Origin: a virus
Lineage: Duplodnaviria > Caudoviricetes
Strand: one strand, 5' to 3'
Length of the DNA: 53,650 bases
Virus record (IMG/VR): IMGVR_UViG_3300005764_000002
Span: 1 to 53,650 of that record
The notes beneath the pieces were generated by a model. It searched no databases and was not told where the DNA came from. It saw only the letters and a program-made list of their open reading frames with translations. The translations under genes were made by a program, and so were the position numbers. Of this stretch, positions 7,679-16,943 are shown piece after piece (position 1 is the stretch's first letter; each line of letters starts with the position of its first letter).

Positions 7679-8701
7679 TCAGCCTACCTCGGGGCTCGAA
7701 GCCACGGCTTCCATACCAGCGTGCTCCAGCTCTTCTGCCTCACGCCGCGCCAGCTCAGTAGGACCAGGTCTGGTCTCCTGCCTGCCACCACGCTGGCTGC
7801 GCTGGGCTACCATCTTGTCCCAGTTCTCACGTAGGGCATCGGCACCAAGTACCACCGTGCGCCAGAACGGGTCACGCTGTGACCAGGTAATCATTCCTTC
7901 GATCTCGCCCCAGGTCATCGAATCGATCCGCTGGAGCTTGTCGATCGTCACTGCCCAGCGTTCCGCGGTGTCTTGCAGCAATCGCGGTGCAGCTCGCGCA
8001 AGCCGGCCGCTTGGGCTATTCCGTTGGATCGCAGCCATCAAAAGATGGGCGAGCGTCAGCGCTTGTTGGGCCGGCTCCGGCACTGACCGCCGTGCTGGCT
8101 CAGAACGTGCGCCATTTGACCTGTGTTGCGTTTTGGAATGGGGGGGTGCGGGTTCGTGCGGTCCGGGTCCGCGAACGCGCCTAGAGCCATTGACGCGGGG
8201 GGCTTGATCTCCCGGGAGGTTGTTGATCTCTCTTAGATCAGATGAGATCAGATCAGATCTAGGTTCCCGGTTCGGTTCAACCGAGTCTACAGATTGGTTC
8301 GAGCCGAACCGGAACCCCTGTTGAACTTCTGTTCGCTCGCGTAGTGCAGCAGACATAGCACGTCGCGATTCGCCTGATTTCCTTCCCTTCTCGGACTGGC
8401 CTTCGAGAACGTCTATTGCGTGCTCCGCACCGCGCACGCGAAGCGTGTTTTCGTCCACCACGTCAACCATCTCGCACTCAACGGCTGCGTCCACGAAGCC
8501 GCCCAGCTCACCTGTAGCTATGTCCGCGTCGACACGGTGCAGGAACTCCGTACGACGCTGGTAGCACAGCATCCACAGATGGCAGAATCGCCCTAGTACG
8601 TCGTAGTGCGACAGCCCTAGCTTACGAGCTACGCGGCGCACCCGTGTGTCGGTGAGCGCGCGCTCGTACACGTTCACCCGAAGCCCGCCGCCGGCCATCA
8701 C
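7679..8701 (-). CDS. putative phage replication initiator (replisome organiser-like)
   Basis: N-terminal D.RV...GL...G....LW pattern, KGRKSGESRR linker, internal DNA repeats, C-terminal DPFWRTVVL..DALRENWDKM. Confidence 0.65.
   Translation of the reverse strand: MMAGGGLRVNVYERALTDTRVRRVARKLGLSHYDVLGRFCHLWMLCYQRRTEFLHRVDADIATGELGGFVDAAVECEMVDVVDENTLRVRGAEHAIDVLEGQSEKGRKSGESRRAMSAALRERTEVQQGFRFGSNQSVDSVEPNREPRSDLISSDLREINNLPGDQAPRVNGSRRVRGPGPHEPAPPHSKTQHRSNGARSEPARRSVPEPAQQALTLAHLLMAAIQRNSPSGRLARAAPRLLQDTAERWAVTIDKLQRIDSMTWGEIEGMITWSQRDPFWRTVVLGADALRENWDKMVAQRSQRGGRQETRPGPTELARREAEELEHAGMEAVASSPEVG
8225..8330. repeat. candidate replication origin: (AGATC)x5-like tandem plus GGTTC/GAACC repeats inside initiator gene
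   Basis: AGATC AGATG AGATC AGATC AGATC at 8235-8259; GGTTC at 8262, 8269, 8274, 8296; GAACC at 8306, 8312. Confidence 0.55.
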
Positions 8702-8916
8702 GCTGCCTCGCGGTCGAGCCAGCGATACAGCGTGCGGCGCGACAGTCCGAGCTTGCGCGCAGCCAGGCTCTTATTGCCGCCGCACATGTGCACAGCTGCG
8801 CGCACGTATGCGGTAATTAGCGTATCAAGAGGGACTACTTCGGCCGAGCTGTCGTATCGAACAAGCGCGCCGGCAGCGTTGCGTAATTTGTCAGATATTC
8901 CGATTACATCGCCCAT
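8698..8916 (-). CDS. Fis-type HTH (HTH_8) protein
   Basis: AAVHMCGGNKSLAARKLGLSRRTLYRWL. Confidence 0.85.
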   Translation of the reverse strand: MGDVIGISDKLRNAAGALVRYDSSAEVVPLDTLITAYVRAAVHMCGGNKSLAARKLGLSRRTLYRWLDREAA

Positions 8917-9369
8917 CTGGCAGGCTCCGATTCGCGCTCCGGTTCACGTCATGTGAGCGTGGGCGCTCAGTTCTGTGTATCTCGGGCGCGCATCGCGATG
9001 CAAGCCGGACTATGTGGAGCACGTTGCTGCAGATGTCGATTTCGTGTCGCGGATGTCATGGCTGTGGCGCCTATCGGCGGACCACACGAGCAGGCGGCAA
9101 CTTGATCGCTCGCACATGCACGATCGCCGCGGCACCGAACATCGGGCACAGCGGAACGTCCCCGGTCAGGCCTTCCACACCGTCGATGGAGATTCTGGCC
9201 ATCGCGCCGCACTGGCAGCGATAAATGCTTGAACTCGTGAGGCCGGCGAACAGCGAGGCGAAAAATCCAGTTCCCAGAATGTTGCGCGGTCTCCCGCGGC
9301 GCCAGCGATGCAGTCGGCCGCGCAACATCGCAGTCGCGCGCTGCAGCCGCGTCACAGGAACCGGATACA

Positions 9370-9699
9370 TCACGCTGCCCGCCGGGCGTCTTTGCGCGGC
9401 CGGACCTTCGCGCGGGGCCATCCATTCGCGGGCACCGCGGCGATGCCGGTCGCCGGGTCGGTGCTCATCTGCTCGATCGCCACCGCCAGGCGCAGCCCCG
9501 GCGAGAAGTAGCCGTTGCGGGCGTTGTAGATCGCGCTCACCGAGACCTCGCGCCCGAGCTTCTTACTCAGCTCCTCGGCAACTTTTTCTGGCGTGAGACC
9601 GCAGCTCGCCAGCCAGTCAGCGAACGCGTTGCGTGGCGCGCGGGTTCGCCGAGGTCGGCCGCCCGGTCGCGCCTTGTCCGTCAGTGGAAGTGCTCTCAT
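9370..9699 (-). CDS. Cro/XRE-like HTH regulator (candidate operator-binding repressor)
   Basis: GLTPEKVAEEL...VSVSAIYNARNGYFSPGLRLAVAIE; operator copy in its own promoter. Confidence 0.75.
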   Translation of the reverse strand: MRALPLTDKARPGGRPRRTRAPRNAFADWLASCGLTPEKVAEELSKKLGREVSVSAIYNARNGYFSPGLRLAVAIEQMSTDPATGIAAVPANGWPRAKVRPRKDARRAA

Positions 9700-9706
9700 G
9701 GTTCCA

Positions 9707-9729
9707 AGTTTACAGCACAGCTACGAGAC
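9707..9729 (-). promoter_or_regulatory. operator copy before Cro/XRE HTH gene
   Basis: AGTTTACAGCACAGCTACGAGAC; TTGACG-N18-TAAACT-N7-ATG. Confidence 0.75.
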
Positions 9730-9761
9730 CCGTCAATTGTGCGCCGGTGGCACGCCGCGAG

Positions 9762-10106
9762 CTACCAGGTGCCGACGAGCCCAATCGACGACACGCCGGA
9801 AGCATGCCATGACAGGTCGATGGGTAGCCGGGCCGCATGGAGCATCTCGAGCGCCTCGACGTACGGATCCCCGCAGCGCGCCTGATTCGTCAGCGAGGCG
9901 CGCAGCACACCGCACGTCGTGCCCGATCCGATGAACCCGACGCGATGGAAGCCTTCCCACCGCTCGGCGGCACTCTTGACGAGCGCGAACAGGTGGCCGA
10001 TGTCGTCGAGTGGACCGAGGATCGTGATCTCGATGGCGTCGCGATCGGTATCCGGCATGTAGAGCCAGATCCGCCGGCGTGGAGCGTGATCATTCATCGT
10101 CATCAT
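9762..10106 (-). CDS. hypothetical protein
   Basis: Overlap-coupled in operon. Confidence 0.5.
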   Translation of the reverse strand: MMTMNDHAPRRRIWLYMPDTDRDAIEITILGPLDDIGHLFALVKSAAERWEGFHRVGFIGSGTTCGVLRASLTNQARCGDPYVEALEMLHAARLPIDLSWHASGVSSIGLVGTW

Positions 10107-10385
10107 CCTGCGCTAGCGCCTGTGGGAGGCGAGGGATCTCGATCACGGAACTCGGCCCGAGAGAGCGCGTGGCCGGGCGCCTGGCTGCCGGCAGCCCCAC
10201 CCAGGTCTGCCGGCCGTTGCCTTCCTGCCGCTCGCCGAACGACTGCAGGAAGTCAGCGCTGATCGAGTGCGCCGGACCGAGCTTGCGGAGTAGGCGCGCG
10301 GCGTATCGTAGCGCCCAGCGCTTGAGCAGACGTCGAATGACCAGCGATCGGCCGAGAGCCATGATCAAGAACCGCTCGGCGGTGG

Positions 10386-11162
10386 TCATGGCGCGCCGTC
10401 CGGCCACCAGATCTCATCTTCGAGCGCATCGATCTCGAGCTCCAGTGCCTCGATCTGCGCGTTGCGGTCCTTGAGCGTCTCTCGCAGTTCGTCGCGATCG
10501 CGCTCGGCCTCGAAGCGAGCATGCTTGGCGCGCTCGCATTGCTGCAGCGCCTCACGCGCCTCCTCGCGAAGCTGATCGTTCTCGTCATGGGTTTGCTCTA
10601 TGGTTGCAGCGGTGGCGGCGGTCTGCTCACCGAACATCCGGCTGGCTTCCACGGCGCCATCACGCGCAGCCTCCGCCTCGCGCCGCATGCGCTGTTCCGC
10701 GTCGAGATCATGCCGGCACTGTTCCAGCTCGCGTGCTACCTGATCGCGCTCGGCCTCCACGCGCGCCAGCTCGCTCCGGGTCGGGTGCTGTTGAGCGAGC
10801 CACCGGATCCGCGCCGGCATGTCCATTAGCGCGTGACCATCCGCGCCGTATGGCACGCCCGCCGCGTCCAGAGCGCGCGCAGCGTCCTGGTACAACTCTG
10901 CGATGGTCACGACGTCGTGATCGGCCGCGAGCACCTGGACCGCCTTGGAGACTGCCAGCCCGGCGATCGCAGCTGACCAGTCGCCCGAAAGGCCGGCAAT
11001 TCCATCGATCTCATCGCGCACGCCACGGGTCATCTCGGCGATCGGCAGGCGCTCGAACATCTCCTTGGTGAGACGCGCCGCGATGTCACTGAACGCCCGT
11101 CCCTCCGACCACGCGACGTCGAGCGCCTCCAAAATCCAGCGCGGCGCGTTCATGGCTTCCAT
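10386..11162 (-). CDS. coiled-coil hypothetical protein
   Basis: Long heptad-rich C-terminal half. Confidence 0.65.
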   Translation of the reverse strand: MEAMNAPRWILEALDVAWSEGRAFSDIAARLTKEMFERLPIAEMTRGVRDEIDGIAGLSGDWSAAIAGLAVSKAVQVLAADHDVVTIAELYQDAARALDAAGVPYGADGHALMDMPARIRWLAQQHPTRSELARVEAERDQVARELEQCRHDLDAEQRMRREAEAARDGAVEASRMFGEQTAATAATIEQTHDENDQLREEAREALQQCERAKHARFEAERDRDELRETLKDRNAQIEALELEIDALEDEIWWPDGAP

Positions 11163-11454
11163 CCTGATGCATCGGTGAGCTGCTCGCGATTGCGCAGGTC
11201 AGCTAGCTGCTGACCGTACCTGGCGCCGGTCCGATACTGGCACAAATCCATGTCGAGTCGGAGGTAGGCAGGTAGGCCGAACTTCCGGCGATGTTCACGG
11301 TGTGCGGTGTTCTTGGTCATCGGTCGCTCCTCGGTGGCCTGGCATCGTCAGCGTGGGTAGGCCGGGTCCCACGGACCGCTGCGTATCTCCGGCGCAGCGG
11401 TTTCGCCTGTGCTCGCGGTGGGGAGGGTGACGGGCCGCGAGAGGCAATGGTTCG

Positions 11455-12735
11455 TTACCATGTCAGTTCGGCGCGCTCCTCGTCAGGGATCTCCGCGAGC
11501 ACATGCACGCGCTGGTACAGCAACTCGGCCGCTTGCTCCTCGACCTCATCGTCGGCCCAGCTGCGCTCGGTATTCGCCTCGTGCGCAGCACGGGTGATCG
11601 CGTTGTGGATGTGGGCCACGCTGTCACCAGGCTCCGCATCCCACGCATCCTTGACCGCGCCCCAGACGTCGGGTTTCTTGAGGCCAGGGATCTTCACCAG
11701 ACCATGGAACACCATCCGGCGGAGTGCTTCCTCGGCGCCGAGCGGATCGCCCTTGCGTGTGCCGTCGAGGTAGTACGAGCACCAAGCATCGCGCCACGCC
11801 GCGGCGAACCCATCGGCAGCCTTGCCTTGCGCCAGCAGCGCGGAGCGTGCGGTGTCGATCAAGTCGGCGCGGGTGTGGCGCGCCATGAACACCGTGTGAT
11901 CGCCCTTGAGGAGCGTCAGGTTGATGCAGCGAATGCGCTCGGCGGACCAGCGGAGCTTGAACCCGCCGGTGCCGTCGTCGGCGGTGGTGATGCGCAGCAC
12001 CAGGCGGTGCGCCTCACCGACGCTCGCGGCGCCGGTCGAGTCCGGGTAGTGGTGGGGATTCTGCAGGATGACGTCGATGCGTGCGCGAGCGCCGTCGTAC
12101 CGAACGCGGGTGCGTGCATCGTCCGGCATCTCCTTGGCGATGTCGGCTGCGATCGCGTCGAGATCGTACGGGATGTAGCCCTGGCCGACCACCGCGTACA
12201 GCTCGCGATCCTGCTCGGGCTTGCCGATGGACTCGGCGGTGAGCCGGGTGCGGAACCGAACGCGCGCTTCGCGCCGGCGTGCGGTCCATGCGTTGACGTT
12301 CGTGCGCAGCTTGCTCGGCACGTCGTCGGGCGCGAAGCTAGCCAGACGCTGCCAGCCGATCTCGGTCGGCGCGAGCCGCGGCAGCTCGATGCCGTTGCCC
12401 TGATCGACCAGCGTCCGCTCGGTGACGATGCGGCCTGTGTAGTCGACGTTCACGCCACCCAGATCCACGAAGTGATCCGCGCGTTCCTCGCGCTGCACCG
12501 TCGCGATGAGCGAGTCCATACCGTCGCCGATCGTCGGAAGCTTCAAGAACTGGCGCCGGGCCCGCCGGGCCGAGCGCTTGCCGGCCTCGCACAGCTCGGT
12601 GCCATGCTCGAAGAGCGTCGCAGTGTTGCCGGTGCTATCTTTGGTGGTGATACCGATCGCCTGGATAGCAGCGTGGTCACGGTCAGCGCGAGCGGCAGCG
12701 GATGGGGAGATCTTGTCGGAGGTATTGGTCAGCAT
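11455..12735 (-). CDS. DUF932-like phage protein
   Basis: LYAVVGQGY, TADDGTGG, ERIRCINL, ARHT motifs. Confidence 0.65.
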   Translation of the reverse strand: MLTNTSDKISPSAAARADRDHAAIQAIGITTKDSTGNTATLFEHGTELCEAGKRSARRARRQFLKLPTIGDGMDSLIATVQREERADHFVDLGGVNVDYTGRIVTERTLVDQGNGIELPRLAPTEIGWQRLASFAPDDVPSKLRTNVNAWTARRREARVRFRTRLTAESIGKPEQDRELYAVVGQGYIPYDLDAIAADIAKEMPDDARTRVRYDGARARIDVILQNPHHYPDSTGAASVGEAHRLVLRITTADDGTGGFKLRWSAERIRCINLTLLKGDHTVFMARHTRADLIDTARSALLAQGKAADGFAAAWRDAWCSYYLDGTRKGDPLGAEEALRRMVFHGLVKIPGLKKPDVWGAVKDAWDAEPGDSVAHIHNAITRAAHEANTERSWADDEVEEQAAELLYQRVHVLAEIPDEERAELTW

Positions 12736-12739
12736 GATG

Positions 12740-12762
12740 AGTTTGTAGCACCGCTATAAACT
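12740..12762 (-). promoter_or_regulatory. operator copy before DUF932-like gene
   Basis: AGTTTGTAGCACCGCTATAAACT; TTGACG-N17-TACAAA-N6-ATG. Confidence 0.85.
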
Positions 12763-12766
12763 GGCG

Positions 12767-13147
12767 TCAAGCTGGATTCTGCTTGGCCCACCAGTCACGC
12801 GCAAACCTCTGTGCTTCCTCGCGATCTGTCGTGTCAGCTGGCTTGTCGGCGCTCGCCAGGATCAGCTCTGCGAGCGGTCTGCGGACCGAGAGCTGGCGAT
12901 GGGCGCCACCGGCGTGCTCGTCGACGTAGAGCCGCACCTCGGCCTGATCTCCGCGCGGCGTGCCACGCGTGATCCGATTGATGTTCGTGCGGAGGATGCG
13001 CGAGATCCGACCACGTCGCCAGCGCCGGAAGAACGCCCATACCTCCGCGCCATCATCGAGGTGATCTGGCTGACGTGGCTGGTCCAGCGGCGCTGCCTGT
13101 GCGACCAGCGCTGCGCTGCCAAGCTTGAGCTTGGTTCCCGGGCTCAT
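12767..13147 (-). CDS. hypothetical protein
   Basis: ATGA-coupled operon member. Confidence 0.55.
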   Translation of the reverse strand: MSPGTKLKLGSAALVAQAAPLDQPRQPDHLDDGAEVWAFFRRWRRGRISRILRTNINRITRGTPRGDQAEVRLYVDEHAGGAHRQLSVRRPLAELILASADKPADTTDREEAQRFARDWWAKQNPA

Positions 13148-13335
13148 GACACGTCCGTCGGAAGCGCCGGATAGAGCAGATGAGCTACCTCAGCTCGCAC
13201 ACGCTCCTGCCCCAGCACCGACAGCCCGGCCTGATCCAGACAGGCGAGCGCCAGCTCAGTGAATTCCGCCTCGGTGACCTCGGTGCCGAGTCGCGCCAGC
13301 AGTGCGTCGATTCGCTTGCCATATCCCGGGCTCAT
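13144..13335 (-). CDS. small hypothetical protein
   Basis: ATGA-coupled operon member. Confidence 0.55.
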   Translation of the reverse strand: MSPGYGKRIDALLARLGTEVTEAEFTELALACLDQAGLSVLGQERVRAEVAHLLYPALPTDVS

Positions 13336-14273
13336 CGCCGCACCCTGCCGCCGCCGGTCCAGATCGCGCGCCGGATTTCAAACGTGAACGATGCTTCCCC
13401 GTTGTCATCGACCTCGACGTGCAGCGTCCGCAGTGTAGGAACGGAGGAGACCAGCATTTCGACCAGATCGCCTATCTCACGCTCGTGGTCGGCGGAGTCC
13501 GGACGGGGTTCCACTGCAGGCATCGGCGATGATGCCGGCGGCGGAGTCACGGGTATAGCGACCGGCGTAGCGGTAGCCTCGGCCGCGATCTTGGCGCGCA
13601 CCTCGGCTTCGAGTCGTTCGCGTGCGACCTCGGTGCGAATCTCCTCCACGTGGCGAGGATCGATGCCGACACCGAAGGTCCTGCGCACCGCCGCGATGAT
13701 GCTATCGGCCCCGCTCGTGCGAGCATCCGGCCGTTGCTTGAGCATGTCGCGCACGAAGTCGGTCCGCAGCTGCCGGGCCGAGCGGCTCATAGAACCGTCG
13801 GGCCGCGCTGGCTGGAGCATCCGACCATCGGCAGCGCGGCCCGACGGCGCAACACCGAGATCCGCCGTAGCCGAGTGCGGTGGTGGAATGATCGCCGGCT
13901 GCGGCGTGACAACCGGAGTTGCCGGTGGTTTGGCCGCCTTGATCTTATCGCCGATATTGGTGCTGATCGTGGCCGACGGTGGTGCTCCGTTCCTATGCGT
14001 CATAAGTCCTCGCACTGCGATCTCTCGCTCCGATTCCTGTTCGGCGCGCGCCTCGCTGTAGAGCTTCTGATAGGAGAAAAGGGACTTCGCGATCAGCTGG
14101 CACAGACGGCGCCACGTTGTGGCGCTCGGGACGAGCGTCCCGGCCTTGAAGCGGCCGACATCCTCCGCCGAGCAAGCGATCCGATCGGCGATCCGGCGAT
14201 CGGTGCGATCCTGCCTGGCCAGCTCGAACGTGATCACCTCGCCGAGCTTCTGTCGGGCGGTCTGCGCGGTCAT
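13332..14273 (-). CDS. protein with N-terminal XRE-like HTH and Pro/Ala linkers
   Basis: TDRRIADRIACSAEDVGRFKAGTLVPS; ATG 14273 coupled to the upstream stop. Confidence 0.6.
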   Translation of the reverse strand: MTAQTARQKLGEVITFELARQDRTDRRIADRIACSAEDVGRFKAGTLVPSATTWRRLCQLIAKSLFSYQKLYSEARAEQESEREIAVRGLMTHRNGAPPSATISTNIGDKIKAAKPPATPVVTPQPAIIPPPHSATADLGVAPSGRAADGRMLQPARPDGSMSRSARQLRTDFVRDMLKQRPDARTSGADSIIAAVRRTFGVGIDPRHVEEIRTEVARERLEAEVRAKIAAEATATPVAIPVTPPPASSPMPAVEPRPDSADHEREIGDLVEMLVSSVPTLRTLHVEVDDNGEASFTFEIRRAIWTGGGRVRR

Positions 14274-15082
14274 GACCGGATCGCCTTCGACGGCGCGCGC
14301 AGCCCGGGCTTGCCGCCGGTGTTGATGTTGACCGACTCGCCAGCGCGCCGGCCGGCGTGGTAGCCGTCCGCGCTCGACGTTGCGCCGATCGTAGTGCCCT
14401 TCGAGAAGTACTTGGCGCGCTCCTCGTACTTGGCAGCGACCTCGGCATGGTCGCGTTCGATCACCGCGAGGGCCATTGTAGCCCCGGTGGCTTCGACACC
14501 GCCCGAAGCGAGCTGCGCCCGCGCCTTGATCTCGGCCTTGCGCCCGGCTGCTTGTTGCTCGGCCTGTGCGATCAGGCGCGCCGTGACCGTCGATGCAGCC
14601 CCATAGCGGAAGGCGTTTTTCCAGGCGCGTGCCGTGATGGTGTACGAGGACCGCGCGCGGGCGACATGCCCGACCGGGCCGTCCCAAGCCTCATCCACCA
14701 ACCGATCGATCTCGTTGTAGAGGTACTGGCACACGTAGTTCCAGGTCTGCACCGCGGTCGTGCGGCCCAAGGCGAGCATCGTGCCGCCGCTCGTCCACAC
14801 CTTGGACAATCCGAGGGCATGAGCCGCGCCGCTGGCGATGAGGATCTTCCAGGCGACCCGCTTACCGCTCTGACGTTCGGCATCGAGCTTACCCTCGATG
14901 ATCTCCTCGGCCTGTGCCGAGCTGTCGGTCACGCGAAGCATGGCTTCGCCGATCTCGTGATCGTGCATGAGCTGCGAGGCGCGCGCAGCGGCAGCGGCGG
15001 CCTCATGCTCGTTCGCGCTCTTGGACAACTCGAGAAGCTTGCGGATGCGGTCGATCACCTTGGCATTGTCGATGTTCGTCAT
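14270..15082 (-). CDS. DUF2786 domain protein
   Basis: KVIDRIRKLLELSKSANEHEAAAAAARASQLM; C-terminal GYHAGRRAG. Confidence 0.85.
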   Translation of the reverse strand: MTNIDNAKVIDRIRKLLELSKSANEHEAAAAAARASQLMHDHEIGEAMLRVTDSSAQAEEIIEGKLDAERQSGKRVAWKILIASGAAHALGLSKVWTSGGTMLALGRTTAVQTWNYVCQYLYNEIDRLVDEAWDGPVGHVARARSSYTITARAWKNAFRYGAASTVTARLIAQAEQQAAGRKAEIKARAQLASGGVEATGATMALAVIERDHAEVAAKYEERAKYFSKGTTIGATSSADGYHAGRRAGESVNINTGGKPGLRAPSKAIRS

Positions 15083-15086
15083 GCCT

Positions 15087-15109
15087 GGTTTATAGCACCG
15101 CTACAAACC
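15087..15109 (-). promoter_or_regulatory. operator copy before DUF2786 gene
   Basis: GGTTTATAGCACCGCTACAAACC; TTGCAC-N17-TATAAA-N6-ATG. Confidence 0.85.
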
Positions 15110-15174
15110 GAGTGCAAGCGTGCAGCAGAATACTTCTTGCAACCGCCCGTGACCACGCAGTAAACCGGGATCCC

Positions 15175-15576
15175 ATGACAAATTTCACCCCTGCACCCAT
15201 CAATGATTTCGACCCGACCACTCGTGCCCCAAAGTTCACGGCCGTGCTCGTCGAGAGCAATGGCGTTGACCCGAACACCGGGGTCAACACCCCGAGCGTC
15301 GACATCACCACGCCGCTCGTGTTCACCTTCGTTCAAGGCGGCGGGTCGAGCCCCGCCGTGCGCGTCACGCAGAGCGGGATCGCGTCGAATGGCGCCCGCG
15401 TCGTGCGGTGGGACCCTGGTGTGCTGCAACCGACGGACACCTCGAAGCCATGGTCGGTACGGATCTCGGTTCCGGGTGGCACGAACCAGGTCACGCAGAC
15501 CGGCACGACTCCGCCGCCGCCCGATTTCTCTGGCGTGAACCCGACCGGCGGCGAGACCGATCAGCCGCCGACCTAG
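15175..15576 (+). CDS. beta-rich (Ig-like?) hypothetical protein, divergent orientation
   Basis: Thr/Pro/Val-rich ORF; TTGCAA-N18-TAAACC promoter 8 nt before ATG. Confidence 0.65.
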   Translation: MTNFTPAPINDFDPTTRAPKFTAVLVESNGVDPNTGVNTPSVDITTPLVFTFVQGGGSSPAVRVTQSGIASNGARVVRWDPGVLQPTDTSKPWSVRISVPGGTNQVTQTGTTPPPPDFSGVNPTGGETDQPPT

Positions 15577-16943
15577 GCGTCGCGTTCGCCGGCCGTGCAC
15601 GCGTAGCACTTGCCGCCCAGCGCATCGGTGAGCGGCACTTCGATGATCGCGCCACAGCGCGCGCAGCCCCGGTATTGGTTCCCCTCGGCGGGCGGCGGGG
15701 TGCCAGGCGGCAGTTCGACCAACGATTGCGGCGGGGTGCCCTTGCCGGACATCCAGCCGGGCTCGGCCTCGCGCGGATCCTCCGCCTTGCTGCCGCCGTT
15801 GCTGCGCAGCGCGCCACGGAGTGCCGCCGTGCCCTTCCCGCCGGCGGCTGGCCTGCTCGTCTGAGCTGGAGTCGCTGCCGGAGGTGGTGGCTTCGCCGGA
15901 TCAGCCGGCGGTGGCGGAGCTGCGGGCGGCGCTGCAGGTCCGGCTGACGTGGCCGGCGCGCGCTCGCGATCGTGCGCAGCGATCCGCTCGGCAAGCACCT
16001 CGGGCCAGATCAGCTCCCCCTCGCGAATGCCGGATGCGATCTTCGAGAGCTGCAAGAACTCCTCGCGGGTTCCGGCCTCGATCTTGTGGCCCAGCCATGC
16101 CTCGATCTCCGATGGCTTCACCGCCAGCTCGGCGAAGCTGTCCAGCATGCGCTTGATCGCCGCCCGCGGATCCTTGGCTGCCTTGTTGGCGGCGATCGTC
16201 TTGCATAACTCATGTGCCTCGTCTTGGATCTCACCAGGGATCAGGCGGAGGATGGCGGTCCGACTCGCCTTGCTGATCTCGGCCGCGGCCTTGACGGCAA
16301 CCTCGCTGTCGGTAGCCTCGACGATGAACACGCGATCGCCGTAGGAGTTGAGCCGCTCGCCGAGTGGGCGCTGACCTTTCTTGAGCTTCTTTCGCTCCAC
16401 CGTCTTGGGCACGGTGATATCCGTCTCCCATGTCGCATTACTCTCATAGTCGACAGCATACACGGTGATCACCCGCTGCCGTGCATCGTCGTAGATCACC
16501 GTCGCCTTGCACTGCATGTTCCGCATGCGGCGCATGGCCACCTCGGCGAACCTGATCGAGAGCCCTTCTGCGTATACCTCGACCCATTCGCCTTTCTTGC
16601 CACGCGGATCGCCGTCCTCGTCGATCCGTTCCCGACCCACCGGCCGGGCGTAGGTCGCGACCTCGGCGAACCCCGGACGCTTGCATTCGTCGAGGATCTC
16701 CTGGCGAACGTCGAGGATATTGCGCGGGTTCCTCATCGCCATGATCCAGCGCGCCTCGGTCATCGCGCGCGCGCTGGCGACGAGCGCCTCGGTCGCCGAG
16801 TTGCCCATGGCGAGCGATGTCTCGCTGAATCCGGTCCGTGCGATCTGATTTGATCGCACCGAGGTAGTCAGGGCACCTCGCGGTCGTTGTTCTTCTTCGT
16901 GAGAATCATCGCTGTCACGGGGATCATCGTGGTCGTCGCTCAT
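15573..16943 (-). CDS. putative single-strand annealing recombinase partner of YqaJ, with C-terminal Zn ribbon
   Basis: Coupled downstream of YqaJ; PR...CKRPGFAE.ATY...EGLSIRFAE core; CARC...CYAC. Confidence 0.55.
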   Translation of the reverse strand: MSDDHDDPRDSDDSHEEEQRPRGALTTSVRSNQIARTGFSETSLAMGNSATEALVASARAMTEARWIMAMRNPRNILDVRQEILDECKRPGFAEVATYARPVGRERIDEDGDPRGKKGEWVEVYAEGLSIRFAEVAMRRMRNMQCKATVIYDDARQRVITVYAVDYESNATWETDITVPKTVERKKLKKGQRPLGERLNSYGDRVFIVEATDSEVAVKAAAEISKASRTAILRLIPGEIQDEAHELCKTIAANKAAKDPRAAIKRMLDSFAELAVKPSEIEAWLGHKIEAGTREEFLQLSKIASGIREGELIWPEVLAERIAAHDRERAPATSAGPAAPPAAPPPPADPAKPPPPAATPAQTSRPAAGGKGTAALRGALRSNGGSKAEDPREAEPGWMSGKGTPPQSLVELPPGTPPPAEGNQYRGCARCGAIIEVPLTDALGGKCYACTAGERDA

